Part shown: positions 56,383 through 64,000 of the stretch, one piece after another
How the letters are laid out: every line of letters begins with the position of its first letter
Numbering within the stretch: the stretch's first letter is position 1
Source: a virus
Lineage: Duplodnaviria > Caudoviricetes
Direction: 5' to 3' (one strand)
IMG/VR virus record: IMGVR_UViG_3300030613_000008
Coordinates: 29,508-93,507 of that record
DNA: 64,000 nucleotides
Translations under genes and position numbers: made by a program
Notes under the pieces: generated by a model
Seen by the model: the letters and a program-made list of their open reading frames with translations, nothing else
The model's database searches: none
Told to the model about the DNA's origin: nothing

Positions 56383-57272
56383 AAGAAGTCAACGTCAAGA
56401 CACTGGAAGAGTTGCGCGCGGCACTCGCCGATGGCGACATCCCAATCGTGGTCGGCGACATCCACATGGAGACGAACGGCAGCGAAGCGCCATACATCAT
56501 CGTGTCGGCGAGAGGATCGTTGCACGTCGTGGCGAGGGGGAGCAGCCAGCCGCACGTCGAGGCGTTGGGGAGCAGCCAGCCGCACGTCGAGGCGTTGGGG
56601 AGCAGCCAGCCGCACGTCGAGGCGTTGGGGAGCAGCCAGCCGCACGTCGTGGCGAGGGGGAGCAGCCAGCCGCACGTCGTGGCGAGGGGGAGCAGCCAGC
56701 CGCACGTCGTGGCGAGGGGGAGCAGCCAGCCGCACGTCGTGGCGAAAGGCACGGTGCAGTTGACCGTGCGTGGTGCCGTTGCGGTCGTTGCTGCGGCGAT
56801 GGTGGCGATCTGCATTCTCGGCGGCAACCCGACTATCGAAGGCGGTGGGTACGTCGTTCGCGTCGATAGGAAAACACCGCAGACGTGGTGCGAATACTAC
56901 GGCGCGGAGACGAGCGGTGACTTCGCGCTGCTCTACAAGGGTGTGCGCGAGAACTACCACTCGAAATACGATTTCGACTACACGCTGGGAACCTGTCCCG
57001 AGGCTCCCGATTGGGACGGAATGGCGCGCGAGTGCGGAGGCGGGCTGCACTTCTCTCCATATCCGGCGATGGCGATCGAATTCGACTCGGAAATCAAGCG
57101 CTACCTGGCCTGTCCAGTGCGCCTCGACGAAATGGTTGTGCACCCCGACGGCGACTATCCGCAGAAGTGCAAGGCGAAGCGTGTCGCTCTCCCATGTTGG
57201 GAGGTGGACCGCTACGGCAAGCCAGTAGAAGGGGCCGTGGTGAACTGGCCTCCGAAGTCAGGTGACGCATGA
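56379..57272 (+). CDS. Decapeptide-repeat protein with CGGGLHF C-terminal domain
   Basis: HV(V/E)A(R/L)GSSQP x7; PDWDG..ECGGGLHFSP. Confidence 0.75.
   Translation: MKEVNVKTLEELRAALADGDIPIVVGDIHMETNGSEAPYIIVSARGSLHVVARGSSQPHVEALGSSQPHVEALGSSQPHVEALGSSQPHVVARGSSQPHVVARGSSQPHVVARGSSQPHVVAKGTVQLTVRGAVAVVAAAMVAICILGGNPTIEGGGYVVRVDRKTPQTWCEYYGAETSGDFALLYKGVRENYHSKYDFDYTLGTCPEAPDWDGMARECGGGLHFSPYPAMAIEFDSEIKRYLACPVRLDEMVVHPDGDYPQKCKAKRVALPCWEVDRYGKPVEGAVVNWPPKSGDA
56522..56745 (+). repeat. 30-bp coding tandem repeat, ~7.5 units, two alleles
   Basis: GCACGTCG(T/A)GGCG(AG/TT)GGGGAGCAGCCAGCC. Confidence 0.95.
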
Positions 57273-57496
57273 CCGACACCACTTGGATGGTTCCCGGTGC
57301 GCTCGCCGAATACGCACCCATCGGCCCGCGTCCGCCGTGGTTCCCGTGCGTGATAGACAGCAAGCCCATCAAGTTCGGCGGCGACGTCGTTGTGAACCTG
57401 CGCGACCTGTCGCCGATGTACGCCCTATCGACGGGGCGCAAGTCAACAACCGTCCCGGCTGCGGCCGTGGCGCACGTGAGGAGATACCAGCCATGA
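57269..57496 (+). CDS. Small hypothetical protein
   Basis: ATGA-coupled at both ends. Confidence 0.55.
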   Translation: MTDTTWMVPGALAEYAPIGPRPPWFPCVIDSKPIKFGGDVVVNLRDLSPMYALSTGRKSTTVPAAAVAHVRRYQP

Positions 57497-58041
57497 CGAA
57501 GCGCAAGGCGGCAGCAACGCATCACAGAGCGCGTTCGAGACGCGGCGCGGATACTCGGGTGGAAGCCATGAGCCTCGATTGGCAGTCCGAGCGTGACGCC
57601 GTGCTTCTCTCTCGCATCCGCCTGTGCCTCGCCCGTGGCCTCTCGCGTCGTGGTGCGGCTCTGTCCGTCGGGGTGGGGTTACCCAAGGTCCACGAGTTGC
57701 TAGACCTCAACGACGAGACGGAGGATACGAAGCGCCGCGAGCCCTGTGCCAAGCGCAAGCGGTGCAAGTGCGGAGCCAAGGCGGTTGACGTCGTAGGTGG
57801 CAAGCCGCTCTGCCGTCGTTGTATGTGCCCATCGCCAACGTATGACCAGCTCGCGGCCGAACGGGCGTACCACTACACGCGGACGCTCGGGTCGAATCTC
57901 GGGCAGGCGTGCGGACCCGGTCGCAACGACTCGATTTCGTTAACCGCGTTCAACCGGCTGCTCAACGCGGCGATGCTCAAACACGGGCTCAACCCCGACG
58001 TGCCGACTGCGGCGCTGTTCGGGTCTGCGGCGCACGGGTGA
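57493..58041 (+). CDS. HTH plus Zn-finger protein
   Basis: GLSRRGAALSVGV; CKCG..VVGGKPLCRRC. Confidence 0.5.
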   Translation: MTKRKAAATHHRARSRRGADTRVEAMSLDWQSERDAVLLSRIRLCLARGLSRRGAALSVGVGLPKVHELLDLNDETEDTKRREPCAKRKRCKCGAKAVDVVGGKPLCRRCMCPSPTYDQLAAERAYHYTRTLGSNLGQACGPGRNDSISLTAFNRLLNAAMLKHGLNPDVPTAALFGSAAHG

Positions 58042-58047
58042 CAAGCG

Positions 58048-58281
58048 ATGTGGTGTGAACTCTGCGGTGGTAAAACGACGGTGAAGGACACGAGGACAAG
58101 CGCCGACCTTGACGGTGATGCTCGTGTGCGGGTCGTGTTGTTCGCGCTCGGGCGAGACGTTGCGAAGCACGTGGACGAAGGCAAGACGCGGCTGCGGTTG
58201 CGCTGGCGACGTTGTACGGTATGCGGTCACGAGCAAGCCACGGTCGAGATGACGGCCGGGGCGTGGGAGGGAAGGCGATGA
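58048..58281 (+). CDS. NrdR-N/Ogr-like Zn-ribbon protein
   Basis: CELCG..T.VKDTR...RWRRCTVCG...TVE. Confidence 0.65.
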   Translation: MWCELCGGKTTVKDTRTSADLDGDARVRVVLFALGRDVAKHVDEGKTRLRLRWRRCTVCGHEQATVEMTAGAWEGRR

Positions 58282-58512
58282 GCCAAGAGCACGTCGACAA
58301 GTTCAGCGCGGCGCTCGAAGCTCGGCAAATCAAGCGCGTTTTCATCTGCGGTTCGTACACCTCGCCCGACCGTTGGACAGAAGAGCAGAACGTTCGCAAC
58401 GCCGAAGCGGTCGGCTACCGGGTCTCCTTGGCGGGTTGCTACCCCGTGATTCCGCACGCCAACACGCGGGTAGTGTATCAGTTTGGAAAAACGAGCGGTT
58501 TGGGGGTGCACT

Positions 58513-58815
58513 GTGATCGCTGAGATCGTCGCGCACCGCCTCGGGTGGTCCGCTGTCTGGTACGCGCACCCTGGCCCCGGTGGTTTTCTCAGTCGCACAT
58601 TCGGCCCCAGGTGGTTCGTCGGGAACTGGACGGGTCCGGACGGAGACTTGCTTTGCACTAGAAAAAGCAGAATGTCAGAGGCGGCAGAAGCCGCTCTAAG
58701 TCCAGGCGGATGGACGATTCTTCACGCAACCGCGCTGGCTCTTTTGAAGGAATGGCGCTTGCGACGGCTAGAACGTCTTGGAGTGACAATCCCAGCACAG
58801 GATTTCACAGTTTGA
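58513..58815 (+). CDS. Hypothetical cargo ORF
   Basis: GTG after GGGGG; overlaps the HNH 3' end convergently. Confidence 0.4.
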   Translation: MIAEIVAHRLGWSAVWYAHPGPGGFLSRTFGPRWFVGNWTGPDGDLLCTRKSRMSEAAEAALSPGGWTILHATALALLKEWRLRRLERLGVTIPAQDFTV

Positions 58816-59016
58816 GGCGATGTCTTCTCCTCCAGACGCGACGGACACCTTGTGGTGAGCCTCCCACTTTCCGACCCCCGTCGCTTCTCTCCCGCGTTCC
58901 GATTTCGTGAGAACCTTGTCGTGCTTGCCAACGTGGGCGTGGGTGGTGCGCACGCACTCGCACTTTCCTCCGCAGTTCTTCCAAGCCTTGTCGATGACTT
59001 CCTGAGAAAACGCCAT
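58768..59016 (-). CDS. Minimal HNH endonuclease (cargo)
   Basis: RBS GGGGAGG; GKCEC...WEAHH...GG.D..SNCEILCWDCH. Confidence 0.85.
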   Translation of the reverse strand: MAFSQEVIDKAWKNCGGKCECVRTTHAHVGKHDKVLTKSERGREATGVGKWEAHHKVSVASGGEDIASNCEILCWDCHSKTF

Positions 59017-59099
59017 GTGGACCTCCCCCGTGAATTGGTTGTTTGGTTCATGCTCCCCTACTCCGGAGCGAAGATCAACCCGTACAGGTGTGACATGGG

Positions 59100-59927
59100 C
59101 TAGCGGTCGAGAAGGCCAACGAGTTCTTCGATGCTCCACACATGATCCGCGACTCCCGCTTCCATCGCCGGGGTGACGCGCAGGGTCTTGTGAATCCGGC
59201 AGAAGTTGTAGTGCATGAAGTGGAGCGCGACGGCCGCGATGTGGTTCTCAACCTTCTTCGAGAAGGCGTTGGTCAGCCGCGTGAACCGCCTCATGCTCAT
59301 CCGCATCGTGAGGTTCTGGCGCTCTACGTAGCTCGTGGAGATGTGCTTGGGGTCGGGGTTGCCGGTGACCGTGTCGATCTCCGTCCCGGTGCACACGGGC
59401 GGGCTGTAGCGCTTCTCGCCGTTGGGGTCCGTGCCGTACAGCTTTATGAGCACCGCGTAGTCAATCTCGGAACCGAACGCGCCTTCGACAGCCTGGAGGT
59501 ACGGCTTGTGACCGTCGCTCGTGAGCTGAACGCGATTCGCAAGGCGGGAGGCCAAGTCCGAGATGAACTGCGCGGCGTCTTCGGCGTTCCTACCGCCGAC
59601 GTGCCAAGAGGGAACCAACTTCGAGTCCGCGTCGATGGCCGTCCAGGTCCAGACGTCGCCGACGCCAAACTCTCCGCGCATGTTCGCGGGGATGTTCTTC
59701 TGCTTGGCGTAGACGAAGCTCCAGATCTCGTCGACCTGAACACGCTTGCACGGCAGGTTAACGAGCGTCTTGTGCTGGTAGGCATCGCAAGCCGCGCCGA
59801 GGTCCAGGAGCAGCTTGATGACGGTGTTGATCGCGGTGTCGGTCATGCGGGACGTGGAGCGCAGCGAGTTGCCCTCGACCAGCGCCGCGACGATCCGAAC
59901 CTGCTTCTCTTTTGTGATCCTGTTCAT
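59100..59927 (-). CDS. IS1-family-like DDE transposase
   Basis: N-terminal HTH; QVDEIWSFV, LTSDG...Y, STSYVERQN...RRFTR.T..FSKK. Confidence 0.9.
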   Translation of the reverse strand: MNRITKEKQVRIVAALVEGNSLRSTSRMTDTAINTVIKLLLDLGAACDAYQHKTLVNLPCKRVQVDEIWSFVYAKQKNIPANMRGEFGVGDVWTWTAIDADSKLVPSWHVGGRNAEDAAQFISDLASRLANRVQLTSDGHKPYLQAVEGAFGSEIDYAVLIKLYGTDPNGEKRYSPPVCTGTEIDTVTGNPDPKHISTSYVERQNLTMRMSMRRFTRLTNAFSKKVENHIAAVALHFMHYNFCRIHKTLRVTPAMEAGVADHVWSIEELVGLLDR

Positions 59928-59983
59928 AACTATAATATGCTTCTTCGCTCAAGCATTGTCAAGTGCTAAAAATCATTTTGAGA

Positions 59984-60025
59984 GAAAAAAGATGGGGCCG
60001 TTCCGCCCTCTCGGATGGCGGCCCC
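59984..60025 (-). terminator. Intrinsic terminator upstream of the transposase promoter
   Basis: Minus strand GGGGCCG...CGGCCCC followed by ATCTTTTTT. Confidence 0.6.
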
Positions 60026-60057
60026 GGAGCCTGCGATAACTCAGGTGAGGGCGTCTA

Positions 60058-60141
60058 TCACAGGCGTGGCTGTGCTATCTCTACTTCAAGTGAGAAGCGC
60101 CCGAGACGAAGAGCAATACGGAACCGGAATGACTTTCTCAT
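60058..60141 (-). CDS. 27-aa peptide MRKSFRFRIALRLGRFSLEVEIAQPRL
   Basis: RBS AGGAAGGGA, ATG..TGA, terminator follows. Confidence 0.45.
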   Translation of the reverse strand: MRKSFRFRIALRLGRFSLEVEIAQPRL

Positions 60142-60211
60142 GGCAGACCCGTCCCTTCCTGGCCTTACCCAGTGGATAAGCCGCGCCCCGACGCTGGGCG
60201 CTAGTAAAAGG

Positions 60212-60315
60212 TTGACGAGTTCCGACGTCGGTGGTAGGATTTCCCTTGCAGGGGAGGGTTCCTACCCGGAACCGTTATGTAAAAGGGCCGGTGTTCTAGC
60301 ACCGGCCTTTTTCTT
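60212..60315 (+). ncRNA. Promoter, ~70-nt small RNA and terminator inside the IS end
   Basis: TTGACG-17 nt-TAGGAT; GGTTCC/GGAACC hairpin; GGCCGGTG/CACCGGCC-TTTTT. Confidence 0.6.
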
Positions 60316-60577
60316 GCCCGTATCAACACGCGGCACTGCTTCTCGGGAATCCAGACACCTCAGTTCTGGTACGACGCGACGATGGCGGAGATGAGGACGT
60401 GCGACGCCGTTCTCATGGTGCCAGGGTGGGCGCAATCGGTGGGCGCGGTCGCGGAGAAGGCGGAAGCGGAACGGCTGGGCATCCCGGTATTCCTGCACGT
60501 ACGCGACCTCGTGGAGTGGCTTGAATCCGCTTGACATTGGCAAGCGGCGGGAGTAGAAGAGGGGAGAGGTGGACGGG

Positions 60578-60889
60578 ATGAAAATCACTGTCACGAAAAC
60601 TATCCACACCGCCGAAAATGCAGAGGAGGCGAATGAACTTCTAGGAAAGTTCGGAGTTTCGTTTGCGGATGCGCAGAGTCGCGAGGCTGATAGGGCTCAT
60701 TCGTGTGGTGGCAAGGTGCGGTACGGTCGGCACTCTACGGCGTTGATGGCTGTGGCCAAGATGCTGGAGAAGGGGATAGAGTTGGAGCCGTACTACTGCC
60801 CAACGTGCGACGGGTTTCACCTCGGACACAAGGTGGGATGGTTCGTCGGCTGGCTGCTGCGAATGACACGCAAGGCAAGCCAAAAATGA
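60578..60889 (+). CDS. Small Zn-finger protein
   Basis: CGGKVRY...YYCPTCDGFHL; TTGACA 60531 and GAGGTGGAC RBS. Confidence 0.65.
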   Translation: MKITVTKTIHTAENAEEANELLGKFGVSFADAQSREADRAHSCGGKVRYGRHSTALMAVAKMLEKGIELEPYYCPTCDGFHLGHKVGWFVGWLLRMTRKASQK

Positions 60890-60897
60890 GGTGGACC

Positions 60898-61656
60898 ATG
60901 ATGACCGAAGGCGAGCGGATGGTATGGGCGGCTGCGTTCGTGAGAGCCGAAGAGACGGCTAGGCGAATCAATTTGGACGGCGGCATGTTGGACGGCTACA
61001 AGGTCACACAAGCGTGTGAGGCCGTGCGCCGATTGCGTGCCGTCGACATCGGCGACACGAGCGACCCCGACTCGCCTTGGAACGAATCGATACGGATGCT
61101 CCGCGATATGGTCGGAACGCCCGACCCGGCGAAGTGCGAACCCGCGATCTACCAGGTGGATTCATCTCCTGATGACGGGCTGGTGGACGCCCTCGAAAGC
61201 ATCGGTGCGAATCCGGCGAAGGCGACGCTGAACGAAATCGTTGAAGCGATGAACAAGGTGAATCTCTGCCCCGGCTTCTACGTAGCATCCGAGGACGGTC
61301 GCTCGTACTCTGCGATACCCAACGCCGTCGGCACCTCGCACGTCGAGATAGTCCCGTGGTCACACGAGGGCAAGACGCGAGAGGAGTTGGTTGAGAGAAT
61401 CGAATTTCTGGACTCAATCATAGACGATGAAGACGAACTCAACGATTGCAAGGCGGACTTAGAAAGGGAACGCGAGCGCAATAGAGGGTGGGAGGAATGG
61501 TTCACGGCGACAAGGTTCCACTACCCAGGTGGTCTTCATGCCGTTGGAGGACGCGCCAGTTGTTCATGGGAGCACCTTGGAAGTAGAATTCCGTGGCCCA
61601 CGCGGGAAGAGGAACGATTGGCCGCCGCGAGCTGCGAAAACGATGACGTTGACTGA
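60898..61656 (+). CDS. Hypothetical protein
   Basis: GAGGTGGAC RBS; alternative start 60886. Confidence 0.55.
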   Translation: MMTEGERMVWAAAFVRAEETARRINLDGGMLDGYKVTQACEAVRRLRAVDIGDTSDPDSPWNESIRMLRDMVGTPDPAKCEPAIYQVDSSPDDGLVDALESIGANPAKATLNEIVEAMNKVNLCPGFYVASEDGRSYSAIPNAVGTSHVEIVPWSHEGKTREELVERIEFLDSIIDDEDELNDCKADLERERERNRGWEEWFTATRFHYPGGLHAVGGRASCSWEHLGSRIPWPTREEERLAAASCENDDVD

Positions 61657-61674
61657 CAAACGAAAGGACGATCG

Positions 61675-62241
61675 ATGACCGACAAACCGACAACGACACT
61701 AGGCGAATTCCTGGGCCTCGTACCCGAGCAAGCGGTAAAGGACGCGCAAGCCGCGACCTTGGCCGTGGAAGGCGAGCGCGACGCGGCCTTGAAGCGCGTG
61801 ACGAAACTGGAAGCCGAACTCGCCGCAGAGAAGTCCATCCGCAACGACCGCAAGAAGGCGATCGCCGAGATGAGCAATCGGGTGCTTGAGGTCGAATCCA
61901 TAAAGCACTTGGCCGTGACCGAGGCGTGCAAGGCGAAGTCGGCGGAACTCGGGCACAAGCGGAAACTCGCGACGATGGACGAAGCCAACGCGGCGCTGTC
62001 CAGCGAGGTCGACCAGCTCCGGGCGAAGGGCTCCGAACTGTGGGCGTCCCTGGTAGCAGCGCGAGAGGCGCGCGACGTGGCGGTCAAAGAGCGCATCGCG
62101 GCGGAAGAGGCGGCGGACGTGGCGTTGACGGAAGTCGAGACGTTGAGGACCGCGCTGGCAACGACCGTGGAAGCGGTAGAGGTCGCCACGGCCCCTGTGG
62201 TTGCCGACTGCGGCCCGGTGCCGACGCTCGTCAACCCATGA
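61675..62241 (+). CDS. Coiled-coil protein
   Basis: RBS AAGGA; heptad-rich. Confidence 0.6.
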   Translation: MTDKPTTTLGEFLGLVPEQAVKDAQAATLAVEGERDAALKRVTKLEAELAAEKSIRNDRKKAIAEMSNRVLEVESIKHLAVTEACKAKSAELGHKRKLATMDEANAALSSEVDQLRAKGSELWASLVAAREARDVAVKERIAAEEAADVALTEVETLRTALATTVEAVEVATAPVVADCGPVPTLVNP

Positions 62242-62468
62242 ACTGCGAACGCTGCGGAGGTCGCCTACGGGTGCGCCAGACGCGTGAGCCCCACACGGTG
62301 GTAGCCGGACGGTTCGGTCGCGAAGTCGAGGAAGAACTGGAACGCATCGGGATGGCGGAGTCGTTGTACACTGTCCGCGACCGGGTGTGCGACGGGTGCG
62401 GGCGCGTTGTCGGGACGGCGGAACTACTGCTTGACGACCTGCGCGCTTTACAACTGCAAACCGCTTGA
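62238..62468 (+). CDS. NrdR-N/Ogr-like Zn-ribbon protein (paralogue of 58048)
   Basis: CERCG..L.V.QTR...RDRVCDGCG...TAE. Confidence 0.65.
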   Translation: MNCERCGGRLRVRQTREPHTVVAGRFGREVEEELERIGMAESLYTVRDRVCDGCGRVVGTAELLLDDLRALQLQTA

Positions 62469-62510
62469 CAACTGCAAACAACGGGCGCAAGGTATGAGGG
62501 AGGTGGACGG

Positions 62511-62714
62511 ATGCCTAAAAAACGAAACGCCCCGGTGGACGGCAAGCGATACCCCATCTACGCCTCAGCGATGGCCGCGTGCAAGGTTGGCTGCTTTGAG
62601 TGCGGGGCGATGCTGGACCCGAGCGCCGTCAAGTCCACCGGCCGCGCGTTCGGCAAGGGTACGCACCTCGTGACGTGCGAGTGCGGGATGACCAAGGAGT
62701 TCGACGTCCGCTGA
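62511..62714 (+). CDS. Small Zn-ribbon protein
   Basis: TTGACA 62465, GAGGTGGAC RBS; CFECG, CECG. Confidence 0.6.
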   Translation: MPKKRNAPVDGKRYPIYASAMAACKVGCFECGAMLDPSAVKSTGRAFGKGTHLVTCECGMTKEFDVR

Positions 62715-62730
62715 AGAGGAGGCTGTGCAA

Positions 62731-63093
62731 ATGACCGACGAAACCCAGACTTGGAGAGCCGCATTCTGGACCGCCGTCCACAACTACGTTGCCGCCTGCG
62801 GCGGTGACCATGACCTGTTCACCAACCTCGACACCGCGTCGCTCAAACTCGCGGCCGTGCGAGACATCGAGGCCACGCTCATTCAGACGCCCGGTATCGA
62901 GGCGCAACTCCGCCTGGACATCATTGGCTACCGCGTGAGGGCCAACGCTGCGACCGTAGCGGCTCTCGGTCTGGTCGAAATCGCGCAACGCATGGCAAGC
63001 GGAGAGGTCACGGCCGAGATGCAAGCGCAAGCCAAGGTGACGTTGGAGAAGGTGGCGGGCACACTGGCGCAACTCGCCGTGACGGCGAATTAG
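62731..63093 (+). CDS. Hypothetical protein
   Basis: RBS GAGGAGG. Confidence 0.55.
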   Translation: MTDETQTWRAAFWTAVHNYVAACGGDHDLFTNLDTASLKLAAVRDIEATLIQTPGIEAQLRLDIIGYRVRANAATVAALGLVEIAQRMASGEVTAEMQAQAKVTLEKVAGTLAQLAVTAN

Positions 63094-63102
63094 GGGTGGC
63101 GA

Positions 63103-63387
63103 ATGAGCGACGAAAAGAAATTGACGGTCGTCATCGAAGGTTCTGGATACTCCGGCGCACCCGGTGCCTGCCGACACGGTTCGTTCAATTGCGAGGTGTG
63201 CGAACTGGACGAGCGGATCGCGGAGTTGGAGGCCGAGTGCGAGAGGCTGCGGGGCCTGGTGGACGAGTTGCATGATCCCGACGAGGCGTGCAGGTACGAT
63301 CACCATGGGTACTGTCAAACGCATTCGTTGGGCGAGCGGCCGTGTCCGCACGAGCGTGCCCGCGCCGCGCTGAAGGGGAGGGGATGA
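63103..63387 (+). CDS. Hypothetical Cys/His-rich protein
   Basis: C.YDHHGYCQTH...CPH. Confidence 0.55.
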   Translation: MSDEKKLTVVIEGSGYSGAPGACRHGSFNCEVCELDERIAELEAECERLRGLVDELHDPDEACRYDHHGYCQTHSLGERPCPHERARAALKGRG

Positions 63388-64000
63388 TGAAAACGGAGAA
63401 AGTGAAAATGAAAGCACGAACGAAAATCGAAGGCGATGTTACCTACAATCCGTCCGTGGATTACTCGGGGGTGGAGGAGATAACCGGCTGGCTCAATTGC
63501 TACGGCGCGGACACGAAGGCCTCGTTCCCGAAGCTGAGCACGGTGGGCGGCTGGCTCGATTGCAGCGGCGCGGGCACGAAGGCATCGTTCCCGGTGCTGA
63601 GCACGGTGGGCGGTGGTCTCTATTGCAGCGGCGCGGACACGAAGGCCTCGTTCCCGAAGCTGAGCACGGTGGGCGGCGGGCTCGATTGCCGCGGCGCGGA
63701 CACGAAGGCCTCGTTCCCGAAGCTGAGCACGGTGGGCGGCGGGCTCGATTGCCGCGGCGCGGACACGAAGTGCTCGTTCCCGCGGCTGAGCACGGTGGGC
63801 GGCGGGCTCTATTGCAGCGGCGCGGACACGAAGTGCTCGTTCCCGAAGCTGAGCACGGTGGGCGGCTGGCTCTATTGCAGCGGCGCGGACACGAAGGCCT
63901 CGTTCCCGAAGCTGAGCACGGTGGGCGGCTGGCTCTATTGCCGCGGCGCGGACACGAAGGCCTCGTTCCCGAAGCTGACGAAGAGAGAATGTGGAGACGC
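63384..64000 (+). CDS. Leucine-rich (receptor-L-domain-like) repeat protein, runs off window
   Basis: Open frame to the end; 21-aa unit GWLDCSGADTKASFPKLSTVG. Confidence 0.8.
   Translation, partial: MMKTEKVKMKARTKIEGDVTYNPSVDYSGVEEITGWLNCYGADTKASFPKLSTVGGWLDCSGAGTKASFPVLSTVGGGLYCSGADTKASFPKLSTVGGGLDCRGADTKASFPKLSTVGGGLDCRGADTKCSFPRLSTVGGGLYCSGADTKCSFPKLSTVGGWLYCSGADTKASFPKLSTVGGWLYCRGADTKASFPKLTKRECGD
63486..63978 (+). repeat. 63-bp coding tandem repeat, ~8 units
   Basis: GCTGA(G/C) recurs at 63533, 63596, 63659, 63722, 63785, 63848, 63911, 63974. Confidence 0.95.

Larger units (their letters stand above)
58469..60324 (-). mobile_element. IS1-like insertion with cargo, 8-10 bp target duplication
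   Basis: (C)AACACGCG(G) at 58460-58469 and 60324-60333; one end GGTAGTGTATCAGTTTGG. Confidence 0.85.
58278..60534 (+). pseudogene. DUF4406/nucleoside deoxyribosyltransferase-like gene split by an insertion
   Basis: 5' half VFICGSYT...PVIPHANTR (to 58468) rejoins in frame with HCFSG...CDAVLMVPGWAQSVGA.AE (to 60534). Confidence 0.85.

Noticed and set aside
56522-56745. CRISPR array
   Set aside because: Units are contiguous with no unique spacers, are a multiple of 3 and lie in frame in a CDS; the Cas4-like gene is a solo phage exonuclease.
63486-63978. DGR variable region or CRISPR array
   Set aside because: Some changes look adenine-like (AAT/GAT/TAT) but others do not; no reverse transcriptase, template repeat or spacers in the window.
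1-64000. Stop-codon reassignment
   Set aside because: Genes tile densely under the standard code and TAG, TGA and TAA all end genes.

Overview
A GC-rich, almost entirely plus-strand segment of a contractile-tailed (myovirus-like) phage or prophage. About 1-26.6 kb is the tail/baseplate/fibre module: sheath end, tube, chaperone, tape measure, LysM wedge, hub, spike, gp25, baseplate J and several large fibre-like proteins. About 26.7-34.9 kb holds recombination/replication genes (Cas4-like exonuclease, putative annealing protein, initiator, DnaB) and two cell-wall hydrolases. About 35-64 kb is a long run of small accessory genes behind TTGACA promoters. No capsid, large terminase or integrase is visible. 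Three mobile insertions can be reconstructed: an IS607-like TnpB element whose right end re-supplies an RBS and ATG to the gene it split; an IS1-like element with target duplication, HNH cargo and a small RNA; and an antisense HNH cassette replacing most of a helicase-methyltransferase pair. The most unusual signal is non-coding. Three unrelated ~30-bp RNA hairpins (30465, 37224, 51355) each carry a loop antisense to an adjacent RBS, and two of them also match RBS motifs reused across many genes (GAGGTGGAC, AAAAGGAGA). This suggests a C4/CI-like antisense network acting on whole gene classes. A type II hammerhead ribozyme and a tRNA-like minihelix lie in the two AAAAGGAGA operons. All calls come from reading the sequence by eye; no searches or folding programs were run.
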